Shown piece by piece: positions 38,628-59,520 of a DNA stretch of 64,000 bases. Position 1 is the first letter of the stretch, and each line of letters starts with the position of its first letter. The notes beneath the pieces were generated by a model, which made no database searches, was not told where the DNA came from, and was given only the letters and a program-made list of their open reading frames with translations. Source of the DNA: the human T2T-CHM13v2.0 reference genome, Homo sapiens; the NCBI RefSeq assembly GCF_009914755.1, contig NC_060943.1, one strand, 5' to 3'. Position numbers and translations under genes: made by a program.

Positions 38628-38794
38628 TCACTTTTCATTTGATCTCAACCCAGGGACTCTGTCATTGGCTGTGATTTCCCCTCTGCTTACTTCCTTCAAG
38701 CCTTTGGGTAACCGTTGCTTCCTCTAGGAGGCTAGGGAGAATCCTGGATCCCTTCCCCAACTGGTCCCCCAAATTATTCGCACAGCACTTTAAA

Positions 38795-39440
38795 AAAATC
38801 GAGATGAAACTTACATAACATAAAATTAATCATTTTATTCAGTGGCATTTAGTGTTGTACAATCATTACCTCTGTCTAGCTCCAGAAGATTTTCATCCCC
38901 CCAAAAGGAGACCCCATCCCCATTACCAGCCACTCCCCATTCCCCCTCCTCAAGTGGCTCACAACCATTAATCTACTTCTTGTCTCTGTCGATTTGCCTG
39001 TTCTGGACACTTCATATCAATGGAGTCATACAAGAGGTGGCATTCTGGCTTCTCTCACTCTGCATGATGTACTCAAGGTTCATCGAGGTTGTAGCATGGA
39101 TCAGTGCCTCATTCCTTTTTATGGCTGCGTAATATTCCATAGCGTGTCTGGAACACATTGTGTTCATCCGTTCATCCATTGATGGGTATTTGTGTTGTTG
39201 GTTCCTTTTGGTGAAGGTGACTAATGCTGCTATAAACATGTGTGCACAGGTATCTTCTTGAGTCACTGCTGTCAATTCTTGTGGGGCGTGGACTCCTAGG
39301 AGTGGAGTTGCTGAGTCACATAGTTACTCTATTTTAACTCTTTGTGGAACCCTCAAACTTTTCCACAGCAGCTGCACCGTTTTCCATTTCCACCAGCAAT
39401 GTCTGAGGTTTTTAAAAATAATTTTCTGCACATCCTCCCC
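38795..39440 (-). mobile_element. Old L1 (L1MB/MC-type) 3' fragment
   Basis: Typical L1M 3' text (aacataaaattaa..gatttgcctgttctggaca..tcaaggttcatc..); related pieces at ~27990-28670 and ~40330-40490. Confidence 0.65.
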
Positions 39441-39911
39441 AACACGTGTTTCCTCCTGCCCTCCTCCTCCTCCTCTTCCTTCTCCTCCTCCTCCTCCCTT
39501 CCTTCTCCTCCTCCTCCTTTCTTCCTCCTCCTCGTCTCCTCCTCCTCCTTCTTCTTTTTTTTTTTTTTTTTTTATCAGGGCCTTGCTCTGTCACCCAGGC
39601 TGGATTGCAGTGGTGTGATCATAGCTCATTACAGCCTTGACCTCCTGCTCAAGTGATCTTTCTGCCTCAGCCTCTCCCCAAGTAGCTGGGACCACAGGCA
39701 AGCATCAGCATGCCTGGCTAATTTTTAAGTTTTTTTTTTTTTTTTCATAGAGATGGGGTCTTGTTATGTTGGTCTGGTCTCAAACTCTTTATACCCAAGT
39801 GATTCTCTCACCTCAGTCCCCCTAAATGCTGGGATTACAGGAGTGAGCCACCACACCCAGCCTCCTCCTTCCTCATAATAGCCTTTTTTTTTTTTTTTTT
39901 TTTTGAGATGA

Positions 39912-40049
<138 letters not shown>

Positions 40050-41853
40050 TAATTTTTGTATTTTTAGTAGAAACAGGGTTTCACCATGTTGGCCAGGCTG
40101 GTCTCAAACTCCTGCCTCAAGTGATCCTCCCACCTCGGCCTCCCAGAGTGTTGGAATTACAGGTGTGAGCCACCATACCCAGCCAGTTTTTAAAATTTTT
40201 TTGTAGAGATGGGGTCTTGCTATGTTGGTCTTGTCTCAAACTTCTTATGCCCAAGTGATCCTCTCACCTCAGCCTCCTGAAGTGCTGGGGGATTACAGAG
40301 TGAGCCACCACACCCAGCCTCCTCCTCCCTGATAATAGTCATTCTGATGCTTATAAAGTAATATCTCATTGTGGTTTTTATTTGCATTTCCCTAATAACT
40401 AATGATGTTAAGCATCTTTTCATGGGCTTTTTGGCTGTTCATATATCTTCTTTGGAGAAATGTCTATTCAAATCCTTTCTCTATTTTAAATTAATTAATT
40501 AATTTTTTTGTAGCGATGGGGTCTTACTATGTTGTCCAGGCTCATCTGGAACTCTTAAGCTCAACTGATCCACCCACTGGGCCTCCCAAAGTGCTGGGAT
40601 TACAGGCATGAGCCACTGCGCCTGGACTGGAATCAAGTTTTTTTTTCAGGTTTGAAAATTTTGGGGCCCCTTGAAAAGAGTTTGTGGGCCCTGTGCCCTC
40701 AGCCTCGTAGGTAAAATGGCCCCAAGGAAGAGTATGGGGTGAGGGTGACCCTTCACTTCCAGGTGGCCTCCTTCTTTGCTGTGTGACTTTGGGCACATCC
40801 CTTAACCTCTCTGGGCCTCTTCATATGTAGCAAGAACCTGTTCCTTCTTTCAATTGATTGATCGATTGATTGATTCATTCACTCATTCATCAGGCCTCAG
40901 CCCAACACTCATTCTTTCATCATCACCAGTGTTAGGGTGAATTTTCCATGTTTTCCAGGTAAGGAAAAGTCTCACGTTGAGGGCTCAGCAATTCATTTGG
41001 ATCAGGGCTACAGTTTGCTCTGGGTGGTGGGAATACAGAGATACAAGATATTTTCATGTATTCATTCGACGAACATCAGTGGAGAGCCCATCTACGTGCT
41101 GGGCTCTGAGGACCCAGGGGTGACCAAGACAGGCCCAGCTCTCCCTTCTGGTGCTCACAGCCTGGTGGGGGAGGTGGAAACATACATGAAACCCCACAAT
41201 AAGGGGACACTTACCTAAATGGCCAACATTCATTGCAGTGCTGGCTTAGGTTTTGCCATTATTTGTTGGGGTTGGGGGAACACAGATACCAAGGTCTGGT
41301 CCTGCTGTTTGTATGTGGGGTGATTCTCTAGTTTGGGGGTGTCTGGCTTCAACTTGGAAAGTTAACCCTGCAAGCAGGCCCCACACTGCTCTTGGTAGAT
41401 GGTGAGCTCATCTACCTTGGCCTTTTGCTAAGCTGCCCTTCTCATTCCAGCTCAGACAGGTGGGGAGTGGGGAGGTGGGGATGGGGGGTGAGGCTTGGAG
41501 AGTTCCACCATACAGTCCAAGGCACACAGCCTGACAGGGACAGAGAGTGGACTCCCTCAACCTCACTGCCCAGATACGGATGGCTGGTCACTGCATGTTG
41601 GCTGGAATAATAGTAACAATGTTGACAGGTTACATCGCCTGTGATTTGTTGGAAAAGGGCAACCTGGTATGATTTACAGATAATTTAAGTGATTTTTATT
41701 TTTTTGAGACAGAGTCTCCCTGTGTCGCCCAGGCTGGAGTGCAGGGGTGCAATCTTGGCAGACTGCAACCTCCGCCTCCCAGGTTCAAGTGATTCTCATG
41801 CCTCAGCCTCCTGAGTAGCTGGGACTACAGGTGCGTGCCACCACGCCAGCTAA

Positions 41854-41900
<47 letters not shown>

Positions 41901-42372
41901 AGTAGAGACGGGGTTTTGTCACAGTGGCCAGGCTGGTCTTGAACTCCTGACCTCAGGTGATCCACTTGCCTCGGCCTCCCAAAGTGTTGGGATTACAGGA
42001 GTGAGCCACCACGCCCAGACTCAATGCACCCATTTCACAGATGCGCCACAGCAGTCCAGAGAGGGCTGCTGGAACATGAAGCATCAGGCAGCACCAGGGT
42101 CCTGAGCTGGGTCAATTTTCCAACCTGGAGGTTGGAAGTCGAGGTGAGCATGAAATCAGGTGGTCATCCAGTATTCAGGACCCTCTGGCCTCCCAGGCCC
42201 CCAGCCTCCTTCTTCCTGTCAGCCAGATTCCCGTGCACCGCAGTCACGCTTGCTAGTTTCCATGGACACGCGTGGACTCCTAGGAAACCTTTTCCGGAGA
42301 CTGGGCACGAGAGGAGTGATTTGCATCTCATTTGAATGCTAGGCCCTGCCCCGAAAGTGTGCCATCTCGTCC

Positions 42373-42390
42373 TGCCGCGAGGGGGCGCCA
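42373..42390 (+). promoter_or_regulatory. CTCF motif
   Basis: TGCCGCGAGGGGGCGCCA closely matches the CTCF core, in non-repeat DNA. Confidence 0.65.
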
Positions 42391-42900
42391 GAGGCCAACC
42401 AAGCAGTTCGTGAGCCGAGTGAGCACCTGCTCCTCCTTCTTCACTGACCTGCCTGGGAGAACCTGGCTTTAATTCTAATTTTTCAGAGGAAGGGATTAGT
42501 GTTTAGAGAAGGGAGTTGATCTCACGGTCACAAAGCCAGGAGATGGTTCTAGATCGGAGTTTTTGATTTCTGTATTCTGCCGTGTTCCCTGGTAATGCCC
42601 CAGTCCACGAGCAACAGAGGGAGACCTGGGAGACTCTTGGCTCCTGCTGGCAGCCCGGGACCCCCAGCCCACGTGGTATCAAATATTGAAATGCATCCGT
42701 GTAACATATAAATCTGTTGTTAAAGGATTGTTGTGATTTTGCGCATGAAATATGTGGGCAACTCGGCCGGACGCGATGGCTCACGCCTGTAATCCCAGCA
42801 CTTTGGGAGGCCGAGGCAGGCAGATCATCTGAGATCGGGAGTTCGAGACCAGCCTGACCAACATGAAGAAACTCCGTCTCTACTAAAAATACAAAAATTA

Positions 42901-43099
<199 letters not shown>

Positions 43100-44414
43100 T
43101 CAGCACGTTTGTTCTATTTTAGTTTAGATTTTCTCATTTTTGGAGCCATTAATTACTCCCCCTCAGCCAGGTCTCAGAAATATTTATAGAGATCCTTGAA
43201 AAGCTCTCCCTACTTTATCTCCTGGCCAGGGAGGCTCAGATGCGCACCTGGAAGACCAGAACAGATCCCTGGGTGTGAGGGGATGTCTCAGAAGAGAGAA
43301 TCCCCTGCCACTCGCTCCATCCTAGCTCCCACCCTTCCCTGCATGGGGATCAGAACAGACTCCCCAGGTCCTGTCCTGCTTCTCCCTGTGGATCTTATTA
43401 CACTCCCTCTGCCCTGACCCCTCCTGGGGATGGGCTCAAAACAGACATCACCCCTACCCATCCCCACTTCGCCTCCACCCCTCTTCATCATGGGAGCTCA
43501 GAACAGCCCCCCAGCCCCTCCTGCCCCCAGAGGAGTGCTCAGAACCCAGACAGTCCCCTACCTCGTGCTCCCACAGTGAGCTCCGTCCCGCCCTACTCCT
43601 GCGCAGATCTCTGACAATCCCCTCCCCTCCCCTCTCCTCGGCTTCCAAGAGGCTCATTACAGATTCCCCTCCCGCGGCCTGCCCACCTGGGGCAGAGGAG
43701 GACTCAGAACAGCCTTCCGACTTCCATCCAGCCCTCTCTCTCCGCAGTGGGGGGCAGGCTTTTCATAGACCGGTCACCCCTCCACCAGTCTTCCCCAACT
43801 ATGGAGTCAGAACAGCCCCCCTCGGCCCCACCCTCCGCCTTGGCAACCCCCCCCCAACCCTCCGCTGGGGCACCCCCACCCCACATCCCTCCCCCACTCC
43901 CTCCCAGCTCTCCACCTCCGGAGTGGAGGGGTTCATCACCAAACCCCAACTCCTCCACCCTAGGGGGTCATAACATCCGCCCTTGGCCCTGCCCTCCGCC
44001 CTGGCACCCCCACCCCCCCACCCCCATCCCGCTCTCTTACGGGGGCGGGGCGGGGAAGGAGGGTTTCCTTTTGTGTTTTTGGGGACAGGGTCTCCCTCTG
44101 TCGCTCAGGTTGGAGTGCAGTGTGCAAGTGGTGCGATCACGGTTCGCTGCAGCCTTGACCTCCCGGACTCAATCCATTCTCCCACCTCAGCCTTCAGGGT
44201 AGCTAAGCCACAGGTGCGCGCCACCACACCGGGCTAACTTTTAATTTTCGTAGAGTCAGGGTCTCACTCTCTTGCCCAGGTTGATCTCGAACCTCTGGGC
44301 TCAAGCGATCCTCCCGCCTTGGCCTCCCCAAGTGCTGGGATTACAGGCGTGCGGGGGTGGGGTGGGGGTGGAGGTTCATCAACAAACCCCACTCCTCTCC
44401 TCCACCCTAGCGGG

Positions 44415-49651
<5,237 letters not shown>

Positions 49652-49699
49652 GGTAACCTGGGTTGGGTGCTGGGGACAGCGCGGCGTGTGGTCCCCGGT

Positions 49700-50326
<627 letters not shown>

Positions 50327-50469
50327 TTAGCTGGGCATGGTGTTGTCATGAGCCTGTAGTCCCAGCTACTCAGCTGAGATGGAAGGATCACTTGAGCCTG
50401 GGAGGTTGAGGCTACAATGACTGCACTACTGCACTCCATCCTGGGTGACAGAGCAAGACCTAGTGTCTA

Positions 50470-51729
<1,260 letters not shown>

Positions 51730-52118
51730 TAAATATATTAAATCACATTGATTCACATGGACTCTACTAGTTACTTCAAGGTCTAAGTCAGGGTGAGCAT
51801 CTGTGATATTTTAGGGTGTCTCCTATGATCAGGATGTGATATGAAATTATCTTTGATTTCCACAGGGGACAAAGTTCCAGGGCTAGCCAATGTCTGCATT
51901 CACAGTGAGAGGACCTGATGAATTCCAGTTAGAGGCTAATGAAATGGGCCGGGCACAGTGGCTCACACCTGTAATCCCAGCAATTTGGGAGGCCGAGGCG
52001 GGAGGATCACCTAAAGTCAGGAGTTCAAGACCAGCCTGGCCAACATATAATGAAACCACATCTCCACTAAAAAAATACAAAAATTAGCTGGGTGTGGTAG
52101 CGCACTCCTGTAATCCTA

Positions 52119-52277
<159 letters not shown>

Positions 52278-52557
52278 TCATGCCTGTAATCCCAGCACTT
52301 TGGGAGGCCAAGGCAGGCGCATCACGAGGTCAGGAGATCGAGACCATCCTGGCTAACATGGTGAAACCCTGTCTCTACTAAAAATACAAAAAAAAAAAAA
52401 ATAGCCGGGCATGGTGGCGGGCACCTGTAGTCCCAGCTACTGGGGAGGCTGAGGCAGGAGAATGGCATGAACCCAGGAAGCAGAGCTTGCAGTGAGCCAA
52501 GATCGCGCCTCTGCACTCCAGGCTGGGCGACAGAGTGAGACTCCATCTCAAATAAAA

Positions 52558-52599
52558 GAAGAAGAAGAAGAAGAAGAAGAAGAAGAAGAAGAAGAAGAA
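52558..52599 (+). repeat. (GAA)14 in an Alu tail
   Basis: Pure GAA triplet run. Confidence 0.95.
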
Positions 52600-52886
52600 G
52601 AGAATGTATTTTTTTTTCTCCATCCTCCTGAATTCTGTCTGGACCACCCACACCTTAAGATTGTAGATGTGTAGGTGTAGAAGGCTGAAAGTCATGGATA
52701 TTATATTTTGCATCTCCAATTCCAACCCTGTCAAAGGGTAGAGACTAGTTCTGCCCCCCCTTGAATCCAGGTAGGTTTCATGACTTGCTTTGACGTATCA
52801 AATGTGGTGGAATGGGCTAAGCGCGGTGGTTCAGCCTGTAATCCCAGCACTTTTGCAGGCTGAGGCAGGCGGATCACTTGAGGTCA

Positions 52887-53156
<270 letters not shown>

Positions 53157-54214
53157 TTATTTTATTTTTCAGAGACGGGGTCTCAATCTATCATTCAGGC
53201 TGAAGTTCAGTGGTACAATCATAGCTTACTGTAGTCTTGACCTCCTGGACTCATGGGATCCTCCTGCCTCAGCCTCCTGAGTAGATGGGACTACAGGTGC
53301 ATGCCAGCATGCCCGTCTAGTTTTAAATTTTTTTGTAGAGGTCGGGTCTCACTCTTTTGCCCATGCTGATCTGGAACTCCTGGTCTTAAGCGATACTCCC
53401 GCCTTAGCCTCTCAAAGTGCTGGGATTACAACTGTAATGTGCCTGGCCTGAAGAGTATCTTTAGTTTCCTTCTGCCTCTCATTTTACTCTTGAAACTCTA
53501 TTGGGTCCCCATGTAAGAAAGCTGATCTAGGCAGGGCAAATTTGCTCATACCTGTAATCCCAGCACTTTGGGAAGCTGAGGCGATCAGATCTCTTGATCC
53601 CAGGAGTTCAAGAGTAGCCTGGGCAACATAGCAAAACCCCCTCTACAAAAAAATACAAAAATTATCTGGGCATGGTGGTGCACCTGTAGTCCCAGCTACT
53701 TGAGGGTGCTGAGGCTGGAGGATGACTTGAGCCTGGGAGGTCAGGGATGCCGGGAACTGAGATGATGCCTCTGTACTCCAGCCCCCAGGCAATAGAGTGA
53801 GACCCTGTCTAAATAAATAAATAAATAAATAAATGCAAGCAGATCTAGGTATGGCACAGTGGCTCATGCTCATGCTTGTAATCGCAGCAATTTGGCAGGC
53901 CAAGGCAGGAAGATAGCTTGACCCCAGGAGTTCAAGACCAGCCTAGGCAATGTGGCAAAACCCTGTCTCTACAAAAATTAGCCAGGTGTGGTGGCACACG
54001 CCTGTGGTTCCAGGTACTCGAGAGGCTGGGGTGGGAGCCTCTCCCTCCTGAGCCCAGGAGGTCAAGGCTGCAGTGAGCTGGGATCGTGCCACTGCACTCC
54101 AACCTTGGCCACAGACTGAGACCCTGTCTCAACAATAAAAAGGAAACAAGGGGCGGGGCGCGGTAGCTCATGCCTGTAATCCCAGCACTTTGGGAGGCCA
54201 AGGCAGGTGGATCA

Positions 54215-54607
<393 letters not shown>

Positions 54608-54666
54608 TCATCTTTGAAGTCCATGTGGCCTCTGTTGAGAACCATAGCTCTCATCTTTCCTCCTTC

Positions 54667-54842
54667 TGTAGTGGGTTGAACTACAGGCTCCCCACAAAAA
54701 GATATATCCATGCCTTCGCCCCCGGAACCTGTTAATGGGACCTTGTTTGGAAGGAGTCTTTGCAGGTGTTACTTAGTTAAGGATCTTGAGATGACATCAT
54801 CCTGGATTATCTGAGTGGGCCCTAAATCCAATGACTGATGTT
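54667..54842 (+). mobile_element. MLT1-type MaLR LTR 5' fragment
   Basis: tgtagtgggttgaa..ccccacaaaaagatat..ttaaggatcttgagatg..gggccctaaatccaatgact. Confidence 0.65.
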
Positions 54843-54844
54843 GT

Positions 54845-55371
54845 AAACGGGAGCGTGACCGCTGAAGCACAGCATCACAGGGGCACGTTTAGGCCTCTGG
54901 ATGGCTGCGGGCGGGCCTGACTAATGTCAGGCCTTCCACAAGAGGTGGTGGAGCAGAGTCTTCTCTAACTCCCCTGGGGAAAGGGAGACTCCCTTTCCAG
55001 GTCGGCTAAGTAATGGGTGCCTTCCCAGGCGCTGGCGTTACCGCTAGACCAGGGAGCCCTCTAGTGGCCCTGTTCGGGCATGACAGAGGGCTCACACTTG
55101 TCTTCTGGTGACTTCTCACTGTGTCCCTTCAGCTCCTACCTCTGTATGGCCTGGTTTTTCCTAGGTTATAATTGTAGAACAGAGATTATTTTAATATTGG
55201 AATAAAGAGTAATGCTACAAACTAACGAATGATTAATAATATTCATATATAATCATATCTATATTCTATTTCTTGTATAACTATTCTTATTCTATATATT
55301 TTGTTTATTATACTGGAACAGTTTGTGCCCTCGGTCTCTTGCCTCGGCACCTGGGTGGCTTGCCGCCCACA
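54845..55371 (-). mobile_element. Truncated ERVK LTR (LTR13-like)
   Basis: Minus strand starts TGTGGGCGGCAAGCCACCCAGGTGCCGAGGCAAGAGACCGAGGGCAC; no TSD or 3' half visible. Confidence 0.7.
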
Positions 55372-55636
55372 GAGGTGATCAGTCCAAGACTACCTGGCTA
55401 GAAACGAGCAGAGAGCAGTTTGGCCCGGAAGCCTGAGTTTTACTCCCTGGTCCACATCTCAGTTTCCTGGGGATAGGACAGTCCCCAATCCCTCATCTGA
55501 AATCCCTGGGGACAGCTGTGTTTGTGAATTGGGAGATTTTGTATTTTAGGAAAACAACTGGGGGCAGAGGCTGCTGTATACCCGTGCTGTTTTAGGGGGC
55601 TCAGAAAATAATACCCAGGCCGGGCTCAGTGGCTCA

Positions 55637-56146
<510 letters not shown>

Positions 56147-57999
56147 CTAGAACTCTTGGCTGGGTGTGGTGCCTCACGTCTGTAATCCCAGCACTTTGGG
56201 AGGCCAAGGCAGGCGGATCGCTTGAGATCAGAAGTTCGTGACCAGCCTGGTCAACATGGTGAAACCCTGTCTCTACCAAAAATACATAATTAGCTAGGCT
56301 TGGTGGCATGCGCCTGTAATCCCAGCTCCTGGGGAGGCTGAGGCAGGAATCGCGTGGACCCAGGAGGCGGAGGTTGCAGTGAGCCAAGATTGAGACATTG
56401 CACTCCAGCCTGTGTGACAGAGTAAGATTCCATCTCAAAACAAACAAACAAACTGGTAAGATGGAGGGGGAAAAGGGAGGATAGGAAAAAAGGAAGGGGG
56501 GAAGAGAGGAGGAGGGCAGGGAGGAGGAGAGAAAAGGGCAGAAAGGAGAGAAGGAGGGAGAAAGAGAGAAGGAGGAAGTGGGGTAAGAGAAGAGAGAATC
56601 AGAGCATAAGAAAGGTGGAGGGGAAGTTTAGAGAAGAAAAAGGAGGAGGAGGGGTAAGAAGAGAGGAAGGAGGAGGGAAAGGAGGAGAGGAGGGGAGGAG
56701 GGACAGGGAACACTCAGCTGACATTTATGAATGAATGAATCTCAATTCCAAGTAAGCATGACAGCTCCAGTCCTCAGTTTCTTTCTTCCTTCTTTGTTTC
56801 TTTCTTTTCTTTCTTTCTTTCTCTCTTCTATTTTTTTTTTTTTAAGACAGGGTCTTGCTTTGTCACCCAGGCTGGAGTATAGTGACGCGATCTCGGCTCA
56901 CTGGATCCTCTGCCTTCCGGGTTCAAGTGATTCTGCTCCCTCAGCCTCCGGAGTAGCTGGGATTACAGGTGTGCTCCACCATGCCTGACTAATTTTTGTA
57001 TTTTTAGTAGAGACGGGGTTTCGTCATGTTGGTCAGGCTGGTTTCGAACTTCTGGCCTCAAGTGATCCACCCAACTCGGCCTCCCAAAATGCTGGGATTA
57101 CAGGCGTGAGTCACCACGCCCAGCCTGCCCTCAGTTTCTTTACCTGTCAAATGGGGTGATCACAGCGGTGCTACCTGGCTAGGTAAGAGTGCAACTGCAG
57201 TTACTGGTCATTGCTGACTCTTCCAGGCCCAGAAAGCAGCAGGCCAGTGGCTGGCTCTGGGCCTGTCCTCCGGATCTTCCTCGTGATCCCTCATTCCAGC
57301 CACCCTGCTGCCCGCAGGGACCAATGGCAGCGTAGGGGGTGAGTGCCTGCCCAGCCCTGTCCTCCAAATGCATTGGAATCAGGCCCGGGCCGCCTCCTAA
57401 GGAGAACGCTGGAAAGGTCGGCCAAGGAGAGCAGAAAACAAGCAGTGGTGGAGTCGGCAGTGGGGCAGAGGAGGGGGAGCTGGAAGGGAAGGACCCCAAA
57501 GCAGAAGCCCGCACAGTAGGCACAGCGCACCCAAGAAGGGTCCAGGAGTCTGCAGAAACAGAAAGGTCCCCGGCCTCAGCCTCCTAGTCCCTGCCTGCCT
57601 CCTGCCTGAGCTTCTGGGAGACTGAAGGCACGGCTTGCAGCTTCAGGTCAGCCAGAGAATGGGGTTGTGCGTGCCCCCAGGCCAGCGCTGGCAGCGCCTG
57701 GGGGAGCATCTAGGACCCCGGGGTGCAAGTAAAGGGCCTGTAGGTGCTTCTAGGAAGGATGGGGACCTGGCGTGTGGATTTTGTCCTCCCTGGGATCCTG
57801 GGGTGTGACGGTGAGACTTAACCGACAAGGCTTCGGGACATGGATTAAGAATTAGCTGTGTCCTTGAATCACACGTGTTAAGACCGCGGCGGTGTTTACA
57901 GTTAGAGACTTCTGAGGCCCCAATGGTGTGAGTTGAGCACTCCCCCGGGCCCTGGAACGTGTTTTTAAGACCGAAAGAGGCTTTGGGGCTTGGATTTAG

Positions 58000-59520
58000 G
58001 ACAAGCTGGGGCAAGAATACAGCCCGCGCGGGCCGTGGGTGTGGACTGGGATTTTTTTGGTCCCCCGGGGTAGAGATCCTGCACGCCAACTAGGGCTCGG
58101 GTCCTGATATCTTGCGAGCCACGCCCCAAGGCTGCAGGACACGTGTGTTTCCTAAAAGGAGAGGGGGTGGGGCAAGGCTTGGTTGTCATGGAGACAGCGG
58201 ACGACCCTGGCGGGCCGTTCTAGCACCCATGTCTCTTTGGCCGTCGCCTCTCCGGTCCGGTTGCCTCTCTATGGTCGTGGCTTCTGGAAGACGGCCGGCC
58301 TCGGCTCTGCGGGCTGAGGGGCTTCGAAGTAGACAGGAGGGAAGAGGGGCGGGGCCTAGGTCCTAGGGGGGCCGGAGTGAAACCCAGGAGGTGGCGACCG
58401 AGCCAAAGCCTGAGGGCGGGGCCCGTGGCCAGGATAGAACCTGAGCCTGGGAACTTGGGCTAGGCCCGGAACTGGGGTGGGGCTTGAACGGATTGGGGAG
58501 GGCTCTAGTTTCGGGAGGGTGGGGCGTGTGCTTGTTGCGGGGGGGTGGGGAGGCATATGTCTAACCTAGGGGGTGGGGCCTGGCTGAGAGGGGCGGGACT
58601 CGGGGAGAGGGCTTGTACCTGTGGGCTGGGCTAGAAGCATAACCTAAGGGCGGGGCCCAGTGAGTGGTGAAAAGGCCACGGGGTAGAGGCAGGACCAGGA
58701 GGAAAGGGGACAGGACGTGAAGGGTAATTCGGGGATCGAGGATAGAGGCTAGATGAAGGCATGTGGCGAGGCCTGACAGTGACCGACAAGGTGGACATGC
58801 TGGCTCTGGGGGCGGGGACTGTTGTAAGATTGGCAGGGAAGGATGGGCTCAAAAATATGGAATAGAGCGGACCCAGGGTCCGGGGGCGGAGCCTGGCCAG
58901 GACCTGGCCAATCCCAGGCCTGGGGCCCTGGTCTGGTTCCTAGTTAGCGGGCGGGTGTAAAAGCCTGGAAAGGGGCGATGCCTGGCCTGAGGAGTTGACC
59001 AATCCCAGGCCTGGGGGCGGAGTCTGACTCGGAGCGCGTTCCCGGACTCGCGGGGGGCGCAGAGCCGAGGCCTGGGGGCGCGGCTCGCTGTAGAGGCGGG
59101 GGCGGTCGTGGGGCGGAGCGGGTCGTGGGGCGGGGCTGGAGCGGCCCGCGGCCTCAGCTCTCTCTGCTTCCCCAGGATGCGGGCTCCGGGTGCGGGCGCG
59201 GCCTCGGTGGTCTCGCTGGCGCTGTTGTGGCTGCTGGGGCTGCCGTGGACCTGGAGCGCGGCAGCGGCGCTCGGCGTGTACGTGGGCAGCGGCGGCTGGC
59301 GCTTCCTGCGCATCGTCTGCAAGACCGCGAGGCGAGACCTCTTGTGAGTGTTGCCGGGATCCGTCCAGGGCTGGGGGCGGGGCTGAGGGCTCTGGGGGCG
59401 CACGGTGCAGGGCTGGGTTGCGGGGACGGCTTGGAGGGTCCGGAGAGCTGAGGGTGCTTTGTAGGTTGGGGGCGGGGCTGGGCCGAGGGCTGGGCGGGGG
59501 CGGGGCCTGAGAGGGTGACC
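58000..59520 (+). promoter_or_regulatory. SLC27A1 CpG island / GC-box-rich promoter
   Basis: Many GGGGCGG boxes, two CCAAT boxes (58908, 58999), CpG-rich. Confidence 0.8.
59177..59343 (+). CDS. SLC27A1: Long-chain fatty acid transport protein 1 (FATP1), first coding exon; gene continues beyond the window
   Basis: [55 protein letters not shown], donor TT|gtgag. Confidence 0.95.
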
